From the NCBI RefSeq assembly GCF_009914755.1, contig NC_060928.1: 64,000 bases of DNA. The stretch is one strand, 5' to 3'. This DNA comes from the human T2T-CHM13v2.0 reference genome, Homo sapiens. The position numbers and the translations under genes are program-made. Numbering within the stretch: position 1 is the stretch's first letter; each line of letters starts with the position of its first letter. This document shows positions 28,337 through 41,766 of this stretch, one piece after another. The notes beneath the pieces were generated by a model that ran no database searches, was not told the DNA's origin, and was given only the letters and a program-made list of their open reading frames with translations.

Positions 28337-28558
28337 ACACAGCCTTCTTTTCATAAGGCTCCTTGTCATCTGCAGCAGTGTTATTCCACATCTCTCCCAG
28401 TTTCTTCACAACATCACAGTGTATAGGCTGGGATGTTCTCCTTTATTTTTTGGGCAATACTCAGAACAGGACAAGAAAAAAGCCAAATGAGGCCTCTTGG
28501 GGGCACTGGGATCCTTGAACTTCTTTTTTGTCTTCCTTTAGGAGGTATATAGGTTTTC

Positions 28559-29487
28559 TTATTTTTTTCTTTCTTTTTTTTTCTGTTTGTTTGCTTTTTG
28601 GTTTATAATAAGTTTTTTTTTCTTTTTTTTAAAAAAACTTTTAAGTCCAGGGATACACATGCAGGTTTGTTATATAGGTGAACCTGTGTCGTGGGTATTT
28701 GTTGTATGAATTAAAATCTCAACATCACTGATCATTAGAGAAATGCATATTAAAACCACAGTGAGATACTATCTCACAACAGTCGGAATAGCTATTAATA
28801 AAAAGTCGAAAAATAGGCTGGACATGGTGGCTCACGCCTGTAATCCCAGCACTTTGGGAGGCCGAGGTGGGCAGATCATTTGAGGTCAGGGGTTTGAGAC
28901 TGGCCTGGCCAACATTGTGAAACTGTGTCTCTACTAAAAATATAAAAATTAACTGGGCATGGTAGTGGGCGCCTGTAATCCCAGCTACTCCAGAGGCTGA
29001 GGCAGGAGAATGGCTTGAACCTGGGAGGTGAAGGTTGCAGTGAGCCAAGATCAAGCCAACTGCACTCCAGCCTGGGTGACAAGAGAGAGACTCTGTCTCA
29101 AAAAAAAAGAAAAAAGTAAAAAAATAATAGTTGCTGGCAAGGTCACAGAGAAAAAGGAATGCTTGCACACTGTTGGTGGAAGTGTAAATTCATTCAACCA
29201 TTGTGGAAAGCAGTGTGATGATTCCTCAAAGACCTAAAACGGAAACACCATTTGACCCAGCAATCTCATCACTGAGTATATACCCAAAGGAATATAAATC
29301 ATTCTATCATAAAGACACGTGCACATTTGTGTTCATCAAGGCACTCTTCACAATAGCAAAGACATGAAATCAACCTAAATGTCCATCAATGGTAGAGTGG
29401 ATAAAGAAAAGGTGGTACATATACACCATGGAATACTATGCAGCCATAAAAAAGAATGAGCTTATGTTCTTTCAGGAAGATGGATGG
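28559..29487 (-). mobile_element. Old L1PA-type element with 5' inversion, inside the HMGB1 retrocopy
   Basis: Reverse tail and 3' end at 28559-28710, then plus-strand ORF2-end sequence at 28712-29487; TSD atatagg(t/c)tttc at 28547 and 29488. Confidence 0.88.
28816..29112 (+). mobile_element. AluS nested in the L1
   Basis: Full dimer; TSD about aaaaagt..aaaaata. Confidence 0.95.
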
Positions 29488-30170
29488 ATATAGGCTTTCA
29501 TTTCTCTTTCATAATGGCCTTGCCTGCTTTTGCCGTGTCTTCAACTTTTCCTTTCTTTTTAGCAGACGTGTTATTTCACCTCTCTGAGCATGTCTTAGAA
29601 TATTCTGAGAAGCTGACTGAAGCATCTGTGTGCTTCATCTTGGGCTCCTCTCAACAAGTTTGCACAGGGAGGGAATATTATGACATTTTTACTCTCGGCT
29701 TCTTAGCATCTGTTTGGCCCATGTTTATTTATTTTTCCTCAGCAAAGCACAGAGTCCCCAGTGCCCATCCAGTTCTCATTTTCCCCAACGCTGTCTTTAT
29801 GGAGCTCAATGTACTGCAATGGCTCTCGTCCTTTTTTTTAGTTGTGATACAAGGCCCTCAGAAGATCCCAACATGAAAGTAATAAGAATTATCCCCTGCA
29901 ATTGAACAATAATGTATACACTTTCCAGAACCCATTCACTGTGTTAGCATAGACAGGACATTCCTTCCACAAGATTCCTGCCACAAGACTACTCAATGCC
30001 TGTTTACAGAATGGAATAATCAATCAATATTCACTTTGCTTAGGAGAAAACAAAAGACTCAGAGATTAATGATGATAACCATGGTGATCTTTAGGTTTGT
30101 TGTTTAGCCATGGGCCCAGTTCTATGCTAAATGGTGCCATTTAATCCCTACAACTATCCTGAGAGGGAGG

Positions 30171-30652
30171 TGTTCCAGAGACCACCAGTTGTGCCCCAAT
30201 AACCATTCTCCCTGTCTTGCTTTAGTAACAGAAACCTAGAACTAGACACACACTACCAGTAAATACTACATTTCCCATGCTCCTTTGCAGTTAGGTGTGG
30301 CCATGTAGCTAAGGTGGATTTGAATACTTCCAAGCCATGCCCTTAAAGGAAAAGCAGTGTGTCTTTTCTTTTCCCTTTCCTTCTTCCCTCTGTCTGGAAT
30401 CAGACATCATGGCAGTAACTGAAACTGCCATTTTAACATGAGAGGGAAGCCAAGTAGTGCAGAGGATGAATAAAAAACAACATAGAAGCTAGGTTCCTGA
30501 CACCGTGGAACCACTATACTAGCCCTGGACCACCTACCTAACTTTTACATGAAAGAGAACTAAAACTGTATCTTTTTATGTCACTCTATTTTGAGGTCTC
30601 TTTCTCTTTCTCTCTCTTTTAACAGCAACCTAATTTTATCCTAACTAACGCC
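30171..30652 (+). mobile_element. MLT1J-like LTR inserted in a reverse MIR (30070-30800)
   Basis: actacatttccca...tttgcagttaggtgtggccatgt...agccctggaccacctacct...tcctaactaa. Confidence 0.75.
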
Positions 30653-31341
30653 ATAGGTATTACCACCTTTTTCAGATGGGGAAGTCGAAGTTCAGATTGC
30701 TTAACTTACCAGAAGTTCTCACAATGTGTAGGCAGGAGAGCCAGGACTTGGATCATGGTCTGATTGATGCCCCAAACCTGTGTCTTCCCCATTGTGCTCA
30801 CCAGCCTCCAAGGTCAGGCCTTAAACCAGCTGCTCAATTTTCTCCTGCCTCCATTGCTAAGGTTTCAATTACAAACGTCATGTTACAGAACATAACATTC
30901 TCTTTCCCATGAGGAAGATCTGGTAGATCTGAAGAAGATTCAGATCATGCCAGAGATCTTCAGAAAAATAGTCAACAACTTCCACAGCCAGGATGTTGCA
31001 AGAGAATGAATGAAACAGTCTACATCACGTGCAGACTAAAGTGAGGTGAGGTTCCCCAGTGATCTTTTGGATATTCAGTAAGAAAATATTAGAACTTCTA
31101 CTTGTGTTTACACTTTTAGGCTTAAAAGTCAAAAATCTAACTTGAGTAACCTGAAAAATGTGTGGATTGACATTTTTGCATTCAGTCCCTCTGTCAGAGA
31201 TTCATGTGTCCAAAAGGCTCTCCCAAGGAAAGGGCAGGGGCATCTGCAGCCTTCTTCACATGATTGTTTGCTGGAGGCATATTGAAACAGTGCAATTTAG
31301 ATTGTGCCCCAGTTTAATAGGTTAAGAATTATGTTTTGCAG

Positions 31342-31640
31342 GGCCGGGCACAGTGGCTCACGTCTGCAACCCCAGCACTTTGTCAGGCTGAGGCTGGCAG
31401 ATCACTTGAGCCCAGGAGTTTGAGACCAGCCTGGGCAACATGGCGAAACCCGATCTCTACAAAAAATAAAAAATTAATTGGGTATAGTGGCATGTGCCTG
31501 TAATCCCAGCAACTCAGGATGCTGAGGCAGTAAGATTGATTGAGCCCAGGAGGATGATGCTGCAGTGAGCCATGACTGAGCCATTTTACTCCAGCCTGTG
31601 TGACTGAGACCCTGTCTCAAAAATAAAATAAAATAAAAAA
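31342..31640 (+). mobile_element. AluJ
   Basis: Dimer; TSD taagaatt(a/g)tgttt. Confidence 0.93.
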
Positions 31641-31731
31641 TAAGAATTGTGTTTAGCAGTTTTAACTGAACTAGAAAAGTAGAAATGTTACTTAAGAGGA
31701 GAAACCACAAATGAATATCATAATAATGAAG

Positions 31732-32079
31732 TGATGTGGTTTGGAGTTGTGTCCCCGCCCACCAAGAGGGGCTTGGTGGGAGGTGATTGGATCATGGGGG
31801 CGGATTTCCCCCTTGCTGTTCTCATGATAGTGAGTTCTCATGACATCTGGTTGTTTAAAAGTGTGTAGCACCTCCCCCTTCCTTCTCTTCCTCCTGCTCT
31901 GGCCATATGAGAAGTGCCTGCTTCCCCTTCACTTTCTGCCATGATTGTCAAGTTCCCTGAGGCCTCCCCAGGCATGCTTCCTGTAGAACCTGCAAAACCA
32001 CACACGAATTAAACCTCTTTTTAAATAAATTACCCTGTTTATGTATTTCTTTATAGCAGTTCCAGAACAGACTAATACA
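31732..32079 (+). mobile_element. MSTA/THE1D-like solo LTR
   Basis: tgatgtggtttgg...agactaataca with 5-bp TSD tgaag. Confidence 0.9.
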
Positions 32080-32112
32080 TGAAGCAAATGCAATTTGAAA
32101 ATGGTAGAATTC

Positions 32113-32435
32113 GGCAGGGAGCGGTGGTTCACACCTGTAATCCCAGCACTTTGGGAGGCTGAGGGGGGCAGATCACCTGAGGTCAGGAGTTCAAGACCAG
32201 CCTGGCTAACATGGAGAAATCCCATCTCTACTAAAAAATACAAAAATTAGCCAGGCGTGGTGGCAGGCGCCTATAATCCCAGCTAATTGGGAGGCGGAGG
32301 CAGGGAGAATTGCTTGAACCCAGGAGGTGGAGGTTGCAGTGAGCCGAGATTGTGCCACTGCACTCCAGCCTGGGCCACAGAACAAGACTCTGTCCCAGGG
32401 GGAAAAAAAAAAAGAAAGAAAGGAAGAAAAGAAAA
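32113..32435 (+). mobile_element. AluS
   Basis: Dimer; TSD ggtagaatt. Confidence 0.94.
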
Positions 32436-33339
32436 AGGTAGAATTTACCCTTCTACTCCTAGAAAGGCTCTTCAGCTACAATATGAAGTTTTTTAAAAAG
32501 GATGATCTAATCATATCTGACATGAGTCAGCCAAACAATTTTGAAATTATCAAGAAATTATCCTAATTGAAATATGAATTAACATACACTCTCATTAACA
32601 ATGAAACTCACCCTACCTATATGTTTAGCCTTGAGGTATTAGCTACTGATAGTATGAAGCTATCACAATTAGGAATAACTTTTATACTATACTTAATTCG
32701 TTTATTTCATCCTGTTAAAATGTCTACTTTTCTGTATATAATTTAATGCTATATAAGGATACTAGTGTATAGTACATAAGTATGTATACTTACATATGTG
32801 AACATTAAGTATAGATAGTTTATAGATAAATATATACTTATTTTGAGAGTACCTGCTCAAAAATGTTTTACTAGTAAAAGGACACAATTCAAAATAATAT
32901 TCTACCATCTGAACGATGTGTCTATCACTTTGCCTAGCTAACAGGGCAAGCATGTCCGGCCTTACTCTTCATAGTCTGGTGTACAGCACTTGCTGTGCAG
33001 CTCAATATGAAGAGGGCAGCATAACACATGAGCTCTCAACTTTTGGTCTTGAAGGACAAATTTATTTCTATAGGCTGTATTTTTTTCTCAGTGCAATAAC
33101 TGTTAAATCATGGAATCAAATTATTTCACATCAGACCAGCACATACTGGATAAACTGAACTGGATTAAAATAAAATGTCTGAACGATAGGGTATTGTGTA
33201 TGTGGAAAGTGTCAAACTAAGATTCTGCCATTTTTATGTGCAAACAAGTATTGCCAAACATCTTTGCCTCGTGCATTATTGTCATTTAATGAGTGTCTGC
33301 AATGTGAGGAATCTTTACCCATATTCCAGTTAATCCTTG

Positions 33340-33565
33340 CAACAATAACAATACTAATAAACACTTACATACATCTTTGTGTCAAGCACTGTTCTGAATA
33401 CTTTGCATGTATTCTCACATTAACTCTCCGAAGTATATGTTATCCCCATCTTACAGATGAAGAAACTGAAGTACAAATAGAAAAATTGAGGCACTGGGTG
33501 GTAAAACTCAGGCTAACTGAATCCAAAGTCTCTACTCTTTCCACCATACTCTGATGCCTTCCTAG
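33340..33565 (-). mobile_element. MIR SINE
   Basis: ttatccccatcttacagatgaagaaactgaag. Confidence 0.8.
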
Positions 33566-33789
33566 TGTCAGTATTGTAGTGATTGGCCCAGTTCCTGGAG
33601 AATGTGGGGGAGGATAAAACTTTTTCTTATTAGCAAACCCGTTCTTCCTAAAGATATTCTGAATAGGAGAAACACTGGTTCTGCCATATTCTTATTTGCT
33701 TTTCTTGAATCATTCATTAGCATTCTCTTCAATCTGCAGTTTCTCTTTTAAGCCACATTTTGATTTTGTGAGGACTGTTTAGTTAAATA

Positions 33790-34210
33790 CACATTAATAG
33801 CATATAATTCAAATTCAAGCCATATAATGAATCAAATGTGATAGATACTTATTTCACGCTCAGGAAAAGACCAAAACGGGTGTCCCTGATTGGTCAGCAG
33901 CTCTCCTCCAAGTGGTAACTCAGGACCCAGAATCCCTCCACCTGTGGCTCTGCCATCTTTAACATAAAACTTATGAGGATACAGTGCTGCCAAATGCGGC
34001 CAAAGGGCAAGAGGCTGGAGGATCCTGGGTGGGAGATGTCCATGGGCCAGGCTTGGAAGTGGTACATATCACTTCCACTGATGCCCCATCAACCAGAACA
34101 CTTGTGACCACACCTCACTGTAAAGGAGGCTGAGAAAGAGAGCCTAGGTATGTGTCCAGGAAGAAGAAACAGGCTCAGTGGACAGCCAGCCACAATGTGT
34201 CTGCCACGGT
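33790..34210 (-). mobile_element. MLT1J/K-like LTR
   Basis: gtggtaactcaggacccag...ggccaggcttggaagtggtacatatcacttccac...tgtaaaggaggctgagaaa. Confidence 0.7.
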
Positions 34211-34800
34211 GATGTCTACCAAAACACAGAAGAGACTTTAAATAATCTATATTCTAACTACAAATCTTATTCAATCCTAAATCAAGGCCCCCCAAAAGAC
34301 CTCTACTAAGCAACACAAAATTTATCATACATAATATTGTATCTTGTTACTTTAAAATTAACACAATTGCCTTTCCTTTTCAGTGGTTTATAATTCTTAT
34401 TTTTAAGGTAATTCAAGCCAGTTTTTTCTACAATGAGATGAAATTGCACAATTAGAGAATTTTAGTTTTGATGGAAACTTGTTTCTCATGTTGTAAGTGA
34501 AATAGTGGAAACAGAGGATAGGAGGCTTGGTCAAGGTCACATGGCTGCTCACCGAGGCTTCTCTACAGAGCGATCACAGTTTTCAGCATAAGCTTTAACT
34601 TCCTCCAGTAAAATGTCCTCACATCTAAATGTAATTTGAACTTTTGGAAAGATGCTTCTTTTTTTTTCTTTTTCCTTCTCATTGGGGAAATTACTTTTAC
34701 TCTTTGCCCTTTGAGATACACCAAGCATCTAAAATAAAAAGAATGCAAGAATTCCTTGTATCCATACATCAATCCTAGGAACATTCTGTTCTTTTTATTT

Positions 34801-35790
<990 letters not shown>

Positions 35791-35980
35791 CCTTTAAACT
35801 GAGGAACAATTTGAGCCTCTTTCACTTTTCCTGTGGCTTTTGGGGAATAATCTGTTCAACTCACATTTTTTAGAGTAAGACAATTATATTTCTAAAAGTA
35901 CATATCAATTATTTCCTGTTATTTTTAAATTTAAAAAACTGGTCAACTAATAATTGTGTGTTTAAAAAAATTAAGTTCCA

Positions 35981-36387
<407 letters not shown>

Positions 36388-36479
36388 TTAAGTGAAATGT
36401 GACAAACCACTTATTCTGATAACTCTTCCCACTAGAAACATTTTTAAATGATGTAAAGGTGTTTTTCCTTCTTAGAAAG

Positions 36480-37135
36480 GTAAAATGTATATTCAGAGAA
36501 ATGCAAATATCTTGTGTTTATCTTGATGAATTTTTGCAAACTGGACAGATTTGTGTAACCAGCACCCAGACTAAGACAGAACATGTCTCAGCAGATACAT
36601 GTTTTAAAAAAAGAAAGAACAAATTATCAGCACCACAAATGCCTCCCTTGAGTTTCATTTCAGTTACTAATCCTCCAAGAATAAACACTACGCTGACTTC
36701 TAACAGCATAGATTTTGAATTTTATGTAAATGAAATCACAAACTATGTTCTCTTTTGTGTCTGGGTTCTTTATTTATGCTTGCGGAATACATTCATGTTA
36801 TTACATGTAATTGTACTTTGTTCATTCCCAATCTCGGTATAGTGGTGTAAACTATACGTAATATAAACATGCCACAATTTATTTAGCCATTCTGTTGATG
36901 GGTGTTTGTATAGTTTCTACTTTTAAGGCTACTATGAATAAAGCTGCTGTGAACATTCTTATAAGTGTCTTTTGGAGAATTTGTATATATCTTTCTGTTG
37001 GTTAAACACCCAAGAATGAAATTGTTGCATCATAGGTGTGCATAGGGTTAGCCTTAGTATATACTGCCAAACAGTTTTCCAAAGTGGTTGTACAAATTTA
37101 CCTCCCCATACAACTATCTGTGAGAGTTCTTTTAT
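36480..37135 (-). mobile_element. Old L1M 3' region
   Basis: tatgaataaagctgctgtgaacattctt...tactgccaaacagttttccaaagtggttgtac. Confidence 0.85.
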
Positions 37136-38254
37136 ATTTTTTAAACTTTGTAAATGCATCAAGGAGTAAGTAAAATAAGTAAGAAATATCCACAGGGCAA
37201 AAATTAAATAAAGCGGGAATCCAGAAAAGTATGTAGGGCACTGAAGTCAATTACCATCAGGAAGTATTTGCTGAGCCCACATGATTTGGGACTTGGGATT
37301 TCATGGCCTTAAGGGACATGGAGGATGAGAGACAAAGTGTTCGGGTGAAAGTGAAGTGGAAATAAACCCATTCTCCAAGAGGATGGCAAGAAAACTTCCT
37401 TTCTTGAACCTTGGCATTGAGTAGAGGAGCGCAGAGAGAAACCTCTCCTTCACCACCTCCACCATAGATTGTAGTGAAAGCTGGCCTTCAAAATGGTTTG
37501 TATTCCATTCACTGAAAGATAACTGAAAAGAAAAAAAAAGAGCTCATAGTTCAAATTCTTATTACTTTACAGATCTGAAAAACCTCAAGCCTAGAATTTA
37601 AAGTAGTTTTGAATGGGTGGCTTACCCAAGGAACCTGGGAAAAAAACCCTTCAAGCCAGACTTCAAATAAATTCCCAAGTAATTACCCAAGGAATAAGAG
37701 TTCTTGGTCAAAAATCACAGAACACACAAAAAACCAAGACACCACGAGCAAGAATTATTGGAAATAGTAGACAGCAGCATTGGAATTACCAAACAAAATT
37801 GACTATACATAATATCATTGGAGTTTCCATGGCAAATAATTTCTATTTCTGTCACTCAAGACCACGTTATTTTGTGATTTTCTGGTACTTTGAGTGAGAG
37901 TAAAGTTCACTAAGTGATTTTCTATTTCCTTGGCAAAAATTATTCTATTCAGATGTTTTCCAATTTCAGACCTTTAGATACCTCCTTAATGATTACTTCC
38001 ATCTCATGATATACTATGCTATTATTTACTCAGTATTTCTTTTAAAATCGATTTATTTTTAGAAAATGTATATTCCTACTTTAGCCTAGCCCTAAGTGAT
38101 AATATCTCAGAACCATGATGTACAAGTTGTGTTTGTGTTTCAAATACAATTTAAACACTTAATGACTAACATTTCAAATATTTGTCCAGGTATTATGCAA
38201 AACAATCTTAAACACTACCAGGGTTACATGAACTACACCATACAAAACTAACCT

Positions 38255-38378
38255 AGAGGTAGGTGGTGTGTGCCTGTAGTCCCAGCTACTCAGGAGGCTG
38301 AGGTGGGAGGACTGCTTGAGCCCAGGAGTTACCTAGGCAACAAAGGGAGACCCTATTTTCGTTTAAGAAAAAGAAAAA
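38255..38378 (+). mobile_element. Alu fragment
   Basis: gcctgtagtcccagctactcaggaggctgaggtgggagg. Confidence 0.85.
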
Positions 38379-39557
38379 CTAGCTTGGAGTAGAACAACTG
38401 GAATAGGTGCATTTCTTTTGGGGGAAAGAAACAGGCTAGGACAAGGTGCAGGCTGAGGGGAGCGACAGAAGGAATAGTGTAGATACATGTGGAAAAGGGG
38501 AAGATGAATGGCAAAAAGCAAAGAGCAGGGAAATACCAAAGATGAACCTCCTTAACTTACAGCTGTGCCTCGGAATTGACCCAAGTTCACTGATTGTCAC
38601 AGATAGAGGCTGCCTTAGGAGTCTTCATGTTCAGCAGTGATCAACTGCATTCACACTGCCACACTGTTCACAGATGATGCTGTCAGGCTGACACACCCCC
38701 ATTCCCAGGGCACTGGCTCTAACAAACAACTATGTCTCCCCACTCAAGAAAGAGTCTTCAAGAGCACACAAATGAAATTTTTTCTAGGTTATTTTAAGAT
38801 AAAATTTAAATTCATAAATTTTTATACTTTATTTGTACATTTCAAATTACTTTCAATACATTTTACAACTTAAGACAGAATCGATTCCAGTCACCCTATT
38901 TTACAGAAGAAAAAATCAACCCAAGAGAGTTGATTTTTCTGATCTTCCTCCTATGCTCTGCCACGAGGTCCTATGTCCTCTTTTCTCAATTAGAGATTAA
39001 AACATGATGGATTTGGTCTTTCAGCCAGTTGTCACATTTTCTTAGGTAACAATTTTTCAAATAATGAACGAATGCTACCAATAATGAAAATCTGCATGAT
39101 AGAAACCAGGTTTTTCTGGCCTAAATAGGTCCCTCAGAGTAAGAAAGCCTCCATTTGACTCAAGAAGAGTCACCTATGGAGGACACGTTCAAGTCCATTT
39201 GGCCTTTGGGTCTTATCTCTAATGCAGCATTGCCACTCTGACACATGGAGAGATGCCTGTCTGATTTTGCAACCTAAGGTTCTCTGACTACTGAAAGAGG
39301 TCAAAATGGGAGACAGCCTCAGAATACAACCAGGCTGTTTTCCCATTCTACCAGTCCTTCATTTGGGCAGATCCAGACTGGTAAGTCAAGTACTTCTCCA
39401 CAGTGGCTTGGAAAAGCCCACATGAAGTAGAAGGGAAAGTTAGGGGCTGCACTTGAGGGAGAAAAGAATGGAACCCAATTGTTCCTTTCTGTCTCCCATG
39501 ACTGTCTTCTCTTCTTTGCAGAAAGGAACATAACAAAGACCATTCAATAATGGCTTT

Positions 39558-39911
39558 GACCATAAAAAAGAATGGGAACATGTCCTTTGCAGCGACATGG
39601 ATGAAGCTGAAGGCCATTACCCTAAATGAAGGCCATTACCCTAAATGAACCAAACACTACATGTTCTCATTTACAAGTGGGAGCTAAACATTGAGTACAC
39701 ATGGACACAAAAAAAAGAATGACAGACACCAGGGCCCACTTGAAGATGGAGGGTTGGGGGAGGGTAAAGATCGAAAAACTACCTATTGGGTACCTGAGTG
39801 ACAAAATAATGTGGACACCAAACCCCTGAGACACACACAATTTATCTGTAGAACAAACCTGCACATGTACCCCTGAAACTAAAATACAAGTTAGATAAAT
39901 AAATAATGGAA
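39558..39911 (+). mobile_element. 5'-truncated old L1PA 3' end with an internal 19-bp tandem duplication
   Basis: TSD aataatggcttt at 39546 and 39912; gaaggccattaccctaaat occurs twice. Confidence 0.9.
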
Positions 39912-41416
39912 AATAATGGCTTTCACAAGAGCCCCTAAGTTCCACAACACCAGAGGGCACTATTCCCAAGGTATTTTATGAAAATGGACCTCAAGGGCAC
40001 AATTTCATAGCATATTATATGGCTGGGGTCCCTGAAGTTATGCAGCGTAACAACCTCTAAATTATTGACAGGGGTTGGGGAAGAGGGATGAGAGTTTTAA
40101 AATGAAAGATGGAATGCCTCTACCTTGGGAAAATTGCCTACCAAAGCAAGGCTTTGATTTCTCTTCTTAACAGCAACAGAAGTCTTGCTCTATCTAAGGG
40201 ATGAGTTAGCCCTTCTACAGTGTAGACACATAATTAATTTCATTTCTTCCAGAGCTCAGCTTACAAGGCTTGAAGTGGTTACAGTCTTCCCCAGCATCAG
40301 AAGCCAAAACTCTACTGCCAGAGGCACCCAGCCATATGAAGCCTCCTACAAGTCTCCATCCTTGCTTAAAACTACCTTTATGATAATCCACAGGAGCCTC
40401 TTGCTTCAATCATAAATTATACATTTCTAGGAATGCTGCTTTTCTCTTCATTGACTACCATTTCCAGGAAAGAAGGGTTTTTTTTTCTTTTACTGTACTC
40501 AGTGGAAGTCTTTCTGCTGACATAGTCCATAATTAAAAATCAAAGTAATAAAGTGACATTCTCAAATTTGAATACTGGGTACAAAAGCTTAATTGCCAGT
40601 CCTTCTTGCCAAACAGCCCAGTGGCTCCAACATTAAGTCACAGAGACTTTCAAGAGAGTGATTTGATAGAACTTTAAAAGGGCACACGTTTAATTTTATT
40701 AGAACAAGTTTTAGAACCTTAAGACAAACTGCAAATACTGAATTACAATTTTTTTTCACATTTTATTTATTGGGAAGTTATTTAACAACTGTAACTGATA
40801 TCCAAGTGGATATATAACTATTCAAGGGCCTACACCAATAGGGAATGTCATTAAAGTTGTCTAGGCTTAAGGTGCTTGTTTCCAGGAGGACATATGAAAG
40901 TGAAGATGCTGCAGAACCATTGAGCACCCCAAGTGACTAGTGAACACCCAGTGTCTGACTTCATAAGAGACAGCAATTATTTATACTAATGAATTATGAC
41001 TCTTCACAGAACAAAGTTGCCTCAAGTCAGCTTACTTTACATCATTTCCCCTTTCCCACAGTATTAATTCAATTAAACAAGTGGGAAAAAAATAACATTC
41101 CACATGTTCAATTGTTTTCCCCTTGACTCCCAATATCTCCAAAAACTGGAGGGAATAAATACTACCTATTGCATCAAAACAGTTGTCCATCATAAATTAC
41201 ATTTTGTTAAGTCCTTGTAACTTTTTTTCGCTAGGATATTACTGATAGAATATATAATGGAGTTTTGAATATAGATGATTTAGCCACATATGTTGTTTAA
41301 ATTGATTTTAAGAAAGAATTGGCGTTGTTACATATGCTCCATTAGAACATAGCAAAACGTCCAATGAAATCATAATTATTTATCAAGTGTGATGTATTTT
41401 TAGTAACTTATTTTCA

Positions 41417-41766
<350 letters not shown>

